A stretch of 64,000 bases of DNA from a virus, in IMG/VR virus record IMGVR_UViG_3300035182_000466, positions 106,062 to 170,061 of that record. The stretch is one strand, 5' to 3'. The notes beneath the pieces are model-generated. The model was given only the letters and a program-made list of their open reading frames with translations, made no database searches and had not been told where the DNA came from. Shown here piece by piece: positions 9,803 to 17,954 of this stretch (the stretch's first letter is position 1; each line of letters begins with the position of its first letter). Position numbers and translations under genes: made by a program.

Positions 9803-11015
9803 TACTTTATCCATAAAAATGGTAGATATTCCAGGTGTTCTTGAATATCATTCTTCGACGCATTCTTTCAATTATTGTCCTGAAGTTATACAGACTGAAA
9901 GAATAAAATTTGAAGATAGAAATGAAATACAACAAGACTTCTCGAAAGAATATCTTAATAAACAAAAAGAAGAATCAGATAAAGTACCAATTATAGGTAC
10001 AGTAACCATTACTAATGAATGTAACATGGGATGTTCTTTTTGTTATGCTCATAAAAATGAGCAACTAGGAAAAATAAATTTAGACTATCTTATACGATTA
10101 AAGGAAAAGCTTCCTAAAGAATGTTTTGATCATCTTATTTTATCTGGTGGTGAACCATTATTATATTTTGATACGGTTAAGTCAGTAAGAAAGTTATACT
10201 CAAAGGTTGTAATATATACTAATGGTAGTCTTTTAACAGAAGATATTATTAAATGGTGTATAGATACAAAGACATGGTTATACATAACGTTAGATTTTGA
10301 TATTCCAGATTTTATTGGTCATCACTCTAGTCCTGTAAGAGATTTACTAGAAAAGTACATTTATAAGTATCCTAAATTGTTAGATATAATATCTTTTGGG
10401 ACAGTTCTTCCAATAGAAGAACTTATAAATTTGCCTAAGCTTAGGCAACAACAAAAACCTTTTGAGTCAGGTATATGGAGACTATACAATTTTTTAGATC
10501 CAAAAGATAAAAATTATGTAGTTAGTTCTGAAGGTTTTGATCTTGAAATGAGTAATATAGAAACTGGTTCTATTAGTCTTCAAGAATCAATATTTTTTAG
10601 ATATTTGAACTATGTACAAACAGCTTCTACTAATGAATACAACTATAGTTGTTGTGGAAATTCATTAGCCCTAACACCCAGTGGAAACTTAACTATCTGT
10701 AATGAGTTATCAAGTTTACCTGAGTCTCGTTTAAAAAATACAAAAGTATGGTCAATAGATTCATTAGATTTAGAAGAAGTTAAACAAGAACAATTAAGAG
10801 TAGGTAAATACGGTATTAAAAGTTTTTGTGGTTCATGTATTATGAAATATTTTTGTTCAGGATTGTGTTGGCAGAAAAAGGGTAATCTTAAACATCAATG
10901 TCAAATGGCACGCTTCGGAATAGCATATAGTATGTATTATAAGTTTAACTATTTGAATACTAATTCAATACTAAATCCGAATACAAAGTTATCAGAAATC
11001 TTAAGAGATAGGTAA
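9795..11015 (+). CDS. Radical SAM/SPASM protein
   Basis: CNMGCSFC, SGGEPLL, TNG; SPASM-type C...TPSGNLTIC and CGSCIMKYFCSGLC...C. Confidence 0.9.
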   Translation: MIDTLSIKMVDIPGVLEYHSSTHSFNYCPEVIQTERIKFEDRNEIQQDFSKEYLNKQKEESDKVPIIGTVTITNECNMGCSFCYAHKNEQLGKINLDYLIRLKEKLPKECFDHLILSGGEPLLYFDTVKSVRKLYSKVVIYTNGSLLTEDIIKWCIDTKTWLYITLDFDIPDFIGHHSSPVRDLLEKYIYKYPKLLDIISFGTVLPIEELINLPKLRQQQKPFESGIWRLYNFLDPKDKNYVVSSEGFDLEMSNIETGSISLQESIFFRYLNYVQTASTNEYNYSCCGNSLALTPSGNLTICNELSSLPESRLKNTKVWSIDSLDLEEVKQEQLRVGKYGIKSFCGSCIMKYFCSGLCWQKKGNLKHQCQMARFGIAYSMYYKFNYLNTNSILNPNTKLSEILRDR

Positions 11016-11022
11016 TATATTT

Positions 11023-12291
11023 ATGTCTTCATCAAAAATTTTAGTAAATGCTATTGGTATAAAAGATAATTCTACGGGATTTGCTATCTTATATGTTCCA
11101 GAATTTCATTTATTTTTAAAGTCTGAAATACGTCAAAATAAACCTGTAGAATTTTATACTAATTATTCAATGCCTGTACTTTGTACTCATCAAAATGAGA
11201 TATATGAAGAGTACAATAAACTAGAAACTCAGGCAGTAAATAAAATTCCTAACATAGGTTATGTAATAGTTAATAATGTCTGTAATATGAATTGTACCTT
11301 TTGTTATGCTGCGGCTAATACTAATCATAAAAGAGTAGACATTTCTGATCTAGAGCACCTGTCTAAGATATTGCCCAAAAATTCGTTTAGAAAAGTAATT
11401 ATTTCTGGAGGAGAACCTTTATTAGACTTTGATCTTGTAAAACAAATAAGAACATTTTTTGATGAAATGACTATAAACTCTAATGGAATGCTTCTTACAG
11501 AAGATATAGCTAATTGGTTAGTAGAAACAAAGACAAAAATGTATATCGCCTTAGATTATGAGATTAAAGATTTTGAAGGACATGACTTTAATGCTAAAGC
11601 GCATGTAGAAAGTATAATCGCTAAAGTTCCAGAAGTTCTTCCATTTATAGAAGTCGCTGTAACTTACCCTAGTGATAAACTAGATGAGTTAAAAGATATT
11701 AGAACTCAAAATCTTCCATTTGAAAAAGAACTGACCCACGATTTTAATTACATTAAAGGAAAGGATCCTTTAGTTTTAACTAAATCTATATTTGAAAAAG
11801 AAATAGAAAGAATAGAAAGAGATGAAATTTCATTACAAGAATCTATCTTTCATAAACCTCTTAAATATATACGAAATACTTATAACTGGAGACTTAATAT
11901 AGAGTCATGCTCTCCAGCCGTACATTTAAATCATCTTGGAGATTTACATCTATGTCAGGTTAGAGCCTCCAATACAAATAGACCTGAAGAGTATGAGAAA
12001 GATGTTATCTGTAAAGCTAAAGATTTTAATTTAGACATATATAGACAAAGATCCAACAAAGATAAAAAGATTGGAGTTTGCACAATAGATAAAAATTGTA
12101 ACTGTAGATGGTTTTGTGGAAATATATGTTGGGCTAATATAAAACATAATAAACATAATTGTGAAGTTCTTAAATACTCGTTATTCTATTCTATGTATTT
12201 AGTTCATAATTATCTTTCTATGGAAGGTTTTAGTTTATTAAATTTAGATAGATTTTTCAATTCAAAACTAAAAGGATTGAACTATGTCTGA
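11023..12291 (+). CDS. Radical SAM/SPASM protein (paralogue of 9795-11015)
   Basis: CNMNCTFC, SGGEPLL, SNG; C...HLGDLHLC and CNCRWFCGNICW...C; shares ISLQESIF with the previous gene. Confidence 0.9.
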   Translation: MSSSKILVNAIGIKDNSTGFAILYVPEFHLFLKSEIRQNKPVEFYTNYSMPVLCTHQNEIYEEYNKLETQAVNKIPNIGYVIVNNVCNMNCTFCYAAANTNHKRVDISDLEHLSKILPKNSFRKVIISGGEPLLDFDLVKQIRTFFDEMTINSNGMLLTEDIANWLVETKTKMYIALDYEIKDFEGHDFNAKAHVESIIAKVPEVLPFIEVAVTYPSDKLDELKDIRTQNLPFEKELTHDFNYIKGKDPLVLTKSIFEKEIERIERDEISLQESIFHKPLKYIRNTYNWRLNIESCSPAVHLNHLGDLHLCQVRASNTNRPEEYEKDVICKAKDFNLDIYRQRSNKDKKIGVCTIDKNCNCRWFCGNICWANIKHNKHNCEVLKYSLFYSMYLVHNYLSMEGFSLLNLDRFFNSKLKGLNYV

Positions 12292-15200
12292 TATTCGTCC
12301 TGTACTAAGTATTTTAGAAAAACCTGAAACCTTAAATAAAAGTAAGCAATGTTCTTTTACCTTTAAGTCATCTAAACCTTTGAAATATGTCTGGTGTGTT
12401 TTGGATAATAATCCAAGTTTTAAACTATATCCATCAAAAGATTATCCAGAAGGTGATATTGCTATTTTATCTTTAACCTATGATGATTCTGATGATAGAG
12501 TTAAACACGAGCTAACAGTTCAAGCAGTAGATACAGATGATAATCTTGAGATATATAAAAATGTAATAGTTTGGACTAATGTTTTTATACCTATACAGTC
12601 TACATTAGTAGAACATCCTTCTGATCCAGATTTAGACTTAGCAAGTTATTTTCTAATTACTACAAATAAAACTGTATTGGGAGTAAGATATTCCTTAAAT
12701 AATAATCCTTATGTTTTTGTCAAACCTTCAGATAGAGTTTCTGATAACAAGACAGTAGATATTTCATTATATGATCTATCAGAAAGATCATATACGATAA
12801 GATATAAAGCTGTAGATGAATTTGGATTCGAAGAATTAACTGAACATGAATTTACTTGGAATAAAGTAGTACGTCCTATTACTACAATAGTAAATATATC
12901 TGAAACAAACGATCCAAAAGTAATAGAGTTATCTGTAAATAAACAAGTTGCATATATTGAAAGTTATCATTATTACGGTGAAGATAAAGAATCTTTTAGC
13001 GAAATTTGTTCAGAAGTAAACTCCTCTGGACAAGAAAGATTCTACTTTAGAATACCACAACCTTTTGAAGGTAAAAATGAAGTACAATTTACAGCTGTAG
13101 ATACTAAAGGTTACAGAGAATTAGAACCCGTTGTTTATACTTGGTATGAAGATAAAACAGTTTTATATTCTACCTTTATTGAGACACCAGCAAAAGTATC
13201 ACAGATTACAGATTCTAAATTTACTATTGTAACTAATAAACCAGTCGATCATATAGAATATACTTTAGACGATCAACCGGAGAATAAAATATACCCTTGG
13301 CCTGAAGATGTAACTAATAAAACGTTCAAGATAACATTTACATCTATGCAAGAAGGGTTTCATAATCTATCTATAAGAGCAGTAGATGGGTCTGGATATT
13401 TGGAGGATGAGGCACGTGTTTATTCATGGAAAGTAGAAGATCCACCAGTTTCAAATATAATAAAGTACCCAATTAGTCCTAGTACAGAATCAACTGCTAC
13501 CTTTAAAATTGTTGCTAACAAACCATTGAGTCATGCATTATACTCGTTGAACGGATCGTCTTGGAAAGTATTTAATATAGATCCTAATGACTCAACTAAG
13601 ACAAGTGCAAGTATAACAATATCTAATTTAAAAAATGGCGATTATACTATACAGATAAAAGCAGTAGATTTATTTGGAGCTGTGGAGAGAGAATCAACTG
13701 AAAAATCTTGGAGTGTAGAAGGTATTGAAGTTGTTTATCCAAATGTAGGATATGGTTCATCTAAAACAATCTTACCAGATGGAGTTACAGAAGCATTTAG
13801 ATTTCACCCATCTCCAGGTGTATATTTTCCAGAGAGCTTACTTGAGTTACCATCTGTTAGATCAATAATATATCCAGATACATTTATTGTAACATTTCCC
13901 GAAAAGTTTTCTAATCAAACTTCAGGAGTATTTACATTTTCATCTACTAGAATTGGAGCAACCTACCAGATTAGTTTAGATGGTTCTGAGTGGAAAGATG
14001 TAGGTAATCTATATAAATTTAATGATCTAGTTTTAGGCTCTCATTTACTTAAAGTTAGATCTATAGATAGAGCTGGGAATATTGATCCATCACCAGCAGA
14101 GTATTCTTGGAGTATAGACACTAAAAAACCAGTTTCTACCTTTGTAGAAACTCCACCTAATATATCTATCTCACAGGAAGCATCTATAAGAATAGAGGTA
14201 GATAAACCAGTTCAGTACGAGTTGTACTCTTTAGATAATTCTATATGGTTAAAGTCTTATCCTTTAGAGTCAGATCCAGATAATAGAACGATATTAGTAG
14301 AATTATATAATCTAAATTCTGGACCGCATAATTTTAGAGTAAAGGCTTGTGATATATATGGTAATATAGAAGTACCAGAAAAGTATTATAACTGGTTTGT
14401 AAATACAGATAGGACTCCACCTGATACTATTATAACTACTATAATTCCTGAATATACTAATAAAGTTAACTGGGATATAGACTTTATGTCACCTAAACTT
14501 GGTTGCACTTTTGAAGTAGCTTTAGACGTAACATTATCTAATACAGATATACGATATGGTGAATGGGTGTCTGCGAAAAGTCCTTATATTCTTTCTGATT
14601 TAGCTGATGGACATTATGTGATAAAGGTTAGAGCGATTGATCTATTTGGAGATATAGATGTTACACCTGCTCAATTAGCTTGGAATATAGATACAGTTCC
14701 ACCAAAATTATTTTTTGTTACAAAGCCGACAGGACCAAATGGAACATTTGAAGTTGTCTCAAATAAAACAAATTGCAGCTATCATTTTATTTATAATGAT
14801 AGTGATACAGAAAACGTAGTATACAGTCCTATCATACCATATAGCAATTTACCTGAAGGAGTTAATATTGTAAAAATTTATGCTAAAGATATGGCAGGAA
14901 ATTCTGGAGATGTTATTTCTTATACTTGGACTATTGATTCAGTAACACCTAATACCTTTATTGATACTTATCCAATAGATAATAGCTCAAGTGGGCAGTT
15001 TACTTATCACGCAGATAAACCTAATTGTGTCTTTGAAGTTACTTTGGACTCAGTTACAAGTTTTAAAGAAAGTCCTTTTACTTTCACTAATTTATCTTCA
15101 GGTTTTCATACCTTTTCAGTTAGAGCAAAGGACTTAAATGGAAATTTTGATGTTAATCCCAAAACATATACTTGGGAAGTAAAGATTTTAAGTACGATAA

Positions 15201-15859
15201 CTGTTACAGTTTTTAATGCAATTAATGCTAAAGCTATCTCAGGTGCACTTGTATCTATAGACACTGGAGAATCTAGTAATACAAATACTTCTGGTGAAGC
15301 TAAGTTTACTAGTATAAAGGCAGGACTTAGAACAGTCACAATCGCTAAAGATCAATTTGTTACAGAAACCGTAACAGTTACTTTAACTGAAGCTGCGATA
15401 GCAATAACTGTTTTATTATCGCCCTCTCTATGGGATGGTGCCTATCGTGCTGTATTACGTTGGGGTTACAAACCTTCTGACTTAGATATCCATATGTATG
15501 TACCATCAGGATCAACTTACATAGACCGTAACTGGGCTAATAAAGGAAGTGAAATTTCCACACCATCTGGATGGCTAGACATAGATGATACTGATGGTTA
15601 TGGTCCAGAAACTGTTACTGCTAAAACTCCAAATATAGGTATTTATCAAATATGGGTGTACAATTATTCTCAAACACCAGATATAACATCTTCAAATGCT
15701 GAAGTTAGTATATACTCAGACCAAGGAAAACAGCGTACTTATAAAGTACCTTTAAACTTAGGTACAGGATATAAAGCTTGGCATATATGTGATATCGACT
15801 GTGTAAACAAAATTATAACTGATGTAAATTTATTAAGAACAAATCTACCAAATATATAG
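12284..15859 (+). CDS. Large Ig/Fn3-like repeat protein with C-terminal carboxypeptidase-regulatory-like and YfaP/DUF2135-like domains (probable virion adhesin)
   Basis: About 10 repeats of ~95 aa (SLD...W...L..G.H...VRA.D..GN.D..PA...W.ID); C-terminal VLRWGYKPSDLDIH and LDIDDTDGYGPETV; no signal peptide. Confidence 0.7.
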   Translation: MSDIRPVLSILEKPETLNKSKQCSFTFKSSKPLKYVWCVLDNNPSFKLYPSKDYPEGDIAILSLTYDDSDDRVKHELTVQAVDTDDNLEIYKNVIVWTNVFIPIQSTLVEHPSDPDLDLASYFLITTNKTVLGVRYSLNNNPYVFVKPSDRVSDNKTVDISLYDLSERSYTIRYKAVDEFGFEELTEHEFTWNKVVRPITTIVNISETNDPKVIELSVNKQVAYIESYHYYGEDKESFSEICSEVNSSGQERFYFRIPQPFEGKNEVQFTAVDTKGYRELEPVVYTWYEDKTVLYSTFIETPAKVSQITDSKFTIVTNKPVDHIEYTLDDQPENKIYPWPEDVTNKTFKITFTSMQEGFHNLSIRAVDGSGYLEDEARVYSWKVEDPPVSNIIKYPISPSTESTATFKIVANKPLSHALYSLNGSSWKVFNIDPNDSTKTSASITISNLKNGDYTIQIKAVDLFGAVERESTEKSWSVEGIEVVYPNVGYGSSKTILPDGVTEAFRFHPSPGVYFPESLLELPSVRSIIYPDTFIVTFPEKFSNQTSGVFTFSSTRIGATYQISLDGSEWKDVGNLYKFNDLVLGSHLLKVRSIDRAGNIDPSPAEYSWSIDTKKPVSTFVETPPNISISQEASIRIEVDKPVQYELYSLDNSIWLKSYPLESDPDNRTILVELYNLNSGPHNFRVKACDIYGNIEVPEKYYNWFVNTDRTPPDTIITTIIPEYTNKVNWDIDFMSPKLGCTFEVALDVTLSNTDIRYGEWVSAKSPYILSDLADGHYVIKVRAIDLFGDIDVTPAQLAWNIDTVPPKLFFVTKPTGPNGTFEVVSNKTNCSYHFIYNDSDTENVVYSPIIPYSNLPEGVNIVKIYAKDMAGNSGDVISYTWTIDSVTPNTFIDTYPIDNSSSGQFTYHADKPNCVFEVTLDSVTSFKESPFTFTNLSSGFHTFSVRAKDLNGNFDVNPKTYTWEVKILSTITVTVFNAINAKAISGALVSIDTGESSNTNTSGEAKFTSIKAGLRTVTIAKDQFVTETVTVTLTEAAIAITVLLSPSLWDGAYRAVLRWGYKPSDLDIHMYVPSGSTYIDRNWANKGSEISTPSGWLDIDDTDGYGPETVTAKTPNIGIYQIWVYNYSQTPDITSSNAEVSIYSDQGKQRTYKVPLNLGTGYKAWHICDIDCVNKIITDVNLLRTNLPNI

Positions 15860-15879
15860 TAGTATAATACGAGGACTTT

Positions 15880-16098
15880 ATGACAACTATTTTAGATCCT
15901 TATTACACTTTATTAAGTCAATATTACAATAATTATGATCTATTCATATCTAAGTGTAAAGATAGTGGTTTAACAGTCTTAACCATAGTAGAGTTTAAAG
16001 ATAAAATAAATACTTTATTTCCTAAAACTAGTAACGTTCATAGAACACCTGTTACTCGTTCTCCACGAAGTTGCTGTGGAGGTGGAGCATCTCGTTGA
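15880..16098 (+). CDS. Small protein ending RSCCGGGASR
   Basis: 72 aa, GAGG RBS. Confidence 0.65.
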   Translation: MTTILDPYYTLLSQYYNNYDLFISKCKDSGLTVLTIVEFKDKINTLFPKTSNVHRTPVTRSPRSCCGGGASR

Positions 16099-16141
16099 AC
16101 TATGTAATTTATTATGTAGTTAATATATTAACAAAAGGAGA

Positions 16142-16525
16142 ATGGAAATGGAAGACAATACTACTAAAACTGAAGAAAACGTAACTGCAAGTGAGGAAAA
16201 GCCAAGTGAGGAAAAGAAACAACAACCATTTATTAACCATAATACTTTTGCATTAGCTTTTGTTATTATAACGGTAGTATATATTACACTAGTGTTTAAG
16301 TATTTTAATCCTACTACTGGTCCTGAGTACGGAACTGCACTTAGAATAAGTGCAAGTTCTATGCAGTCTACAGCTTTATGGTTTATCTCTGCATTAGGTT
16401 TTGTGATTACTCTAAATGGTCTTAAATTCGATGTTTATAAAGAAATAGTAGATGAGCATAATATAGCATTAGCTCTTTTAGTTGGTTTTGCATGGTTAGC
16501 TCTTGCTTTAGTTATAGCACTATAA
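16142..16525 (+). CDS. Three-TM membrane protein, DUF350-like (holin candidate)
   Basis: Three hydrophobic segments; DVYKEIVDEHNIALALLVG; directly upstream of the putative endolysin. Confidence 0.55.
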   Translation: MEMEDNTTKTEENVTASEEKPSEEKKQQPFINHNTFALAFVIITVVYITLVFKYFNPTTGPEYGTALRISASSMQSTALWFISALGFVITLNGLKFDVYKEIVDEHNIALALLVGFAWLALALVIAL

Positions 16526-16537
16526 CTGGAATTAAAG

Positions 16538-17188
16538 ATGAAGAAGTTAATCTTGTTAATTTTAACTTTCTTGTTTTTATTTTCAGTACCTAACGTAGTA
16601 TTTTCTGGACCTTATGATCTAGAGGTCTTAAAGAAAGCAGAATCTTACTTATATGTAAGAGAGCTTAATCCTATTAATGGTAATAGAAGTCCAGAGATAG
16701 ATATGTGGCTTAAGTATGTAGGGCTACCACCTGGATTATCTTATTGTGTTACTTTCAATGTCTATTGTGTTGGTAGTGTCTATGAAGCACATGGCAAAAG
16801 AAATCCTTTACCAAAAATTGGAAGAGTATCAACATTGCTAAAAATAGTAAAAAAAGATAAGTATGCTTTTACTGTAGTACCTGCAAAAGATGTAGAATAT
16901 GGTTCGTATATTCTAAAACCTGGGATGATAGCTATTTGGTCTAACAATAAAAAATTAGATGGTTCTGGTTTAGATAAGTATGATTGGGCCGGTCATGCAG
17001 AGTTTGTAACAAGTCCGCTGGTTAAATCTAAATTTGGTTCTATTGGGGCTAACACTATAGGTGTAGATGACATACGTTCACAAAGAGAGCAAGCTAAGAC
17101 TGGACCTGTAGGTGGAGTTTATAGAAAAAGTAGAAACATAAGTAAACTTAAATCTTTTAATACAGAAGCATTTATTAAAATAAATTAA
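16538..17188 (+). CDS. CHAP/NlpC-P60-like peptidoglycan hydrolase with N-terminal signal peptide (putative endolysin)
   Basis: MKKLILLILTFLFLF signal; VRE...NRSPEID...GL..GLSYCVTF (Cys), GHAEFV (His), SIGANT, GVYRKSR. Confidence 0.7.
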   Translation: MKKLILLILTFLFLFSVPNVVFSGPYDLEVLKKAESYLYVRELNPINGNRSPEIDMWLKYVGLPPGLSYCVTFNVYCVGSVYEAHGKRNPLPKIGRVSTLLKIVKKDKYAFTVVPAKDVEYGSYILKPGMIAIWSNNKKLDGSGLDKYDWAGHAEFVTSPLVKSKFGSIGANTIGVDDIRSQREQAKTGPVGGVYRKSRNISKLKSFNTEAFIKIN

Positions 17189-17200
17189 CATAAGAGGTGT

Positions 17201-17632
17201 ATGATGCCCGAAGCAAGTAGAATTTTTATATCTGGACCAATGATGTTCCAAGTAGACCAATATCTTATGACTCGGTATAAACTAGATCCAGTAGCTGCAT
17301 CTACTACTCAAAGTTTTAGATTAGATTTAACTAGTACAAAAGGCGTTTTAATTTCTGTTAAAGTTCAGTGTTTATCTACTTCTTATGATGTTTATATCAT
17401 GCCTTTTGAAAATGTAGACATAGATTCTTTAATGACAATTTATAGAAAAACTGACATAAATAAACTATTAGAAGATACAAATTTATCTTCATTTTGGGCT
17501 AAGTTTAATCCTTTTCATTCACAGAAGTATGGAGAATTAGATACAGATAAGTGTCTATACTTTAAGATTGAAAATAAAGCTGAAGATACTGGAGATATTT
17601 ATGTAGAACTTATTTATAGAGTAGCATTATAA
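17201..17632 (+). CDS. Hypothetical protein
   Basis: 143-aa ORF with GAGGT RBS. Confidence 0.7.
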   Translation: MMPEASRIFISGPMMFQVDQYLMTRYKLDPVAASTTQSFRLDLTSTKGVLISVKVQCLSTSYDVYIMPFENVDIDSLMTIYRKTDINKLLEDTNLSSFWAKFNPFHSQKYGELDTDKCLYFKIENKAEDTGDIYVELIYRVAL

Positions 17633-17944
17633 ATGACTTCTTCTTGTTCAATAATACTTTTATTTGTTAAACAGGTTTTTGAAGTATATGCTATTACTTT
17701 GATTTTAGCTAGTAGTTCTATCTTAGAACCTTTTAGATATGTTATTATAAAAAGATACCCAGGTCTTTACAGTCCGTTAAACTCATGGATAAAAGCTCCA
17801 TTAGTTTATGAAAAACACTTTATCGAGTGTAGGATGTGTATGGGATTCTGGGTATCTTTGTTTAGTTGTATTTATTATAACAATCTAAGCTATTTTGTAG
17901 TTGTTTTTGGTATAAGCTATTTTATTTGTACTCAAGAAAGGTAG
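17633..17944 (+). CDS. DUF1360-like membrane protein
   Basis: SSILEPFR and ECRMCMGFWVS motif with hydrophobic segments. Confidence 0.55.
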   Translation: MTSSCSIILLFVKQVFEVYAITLILASSSILEPFRYVIIKRYPGLYSPLNSWIKAPLVYEKHFIECRMCMGFWVSLFSCIYYNNLSYFVVVFGISYFICTQER

Positions 17945-17954
17945 GTAGACAAAG

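Noticed and set aside
7342-12291. Radical SAM cluster as a DNA-modification (7-deazaguanine, QueE) or anaerobic RNR activase pathway
   Set aside because: No queC, queD, folE, dpdA or nrdD nearby; the enzymes carry SPASM or UPF0004 domains and lie within structural genes. Not fully excluded without the rest of the genome.
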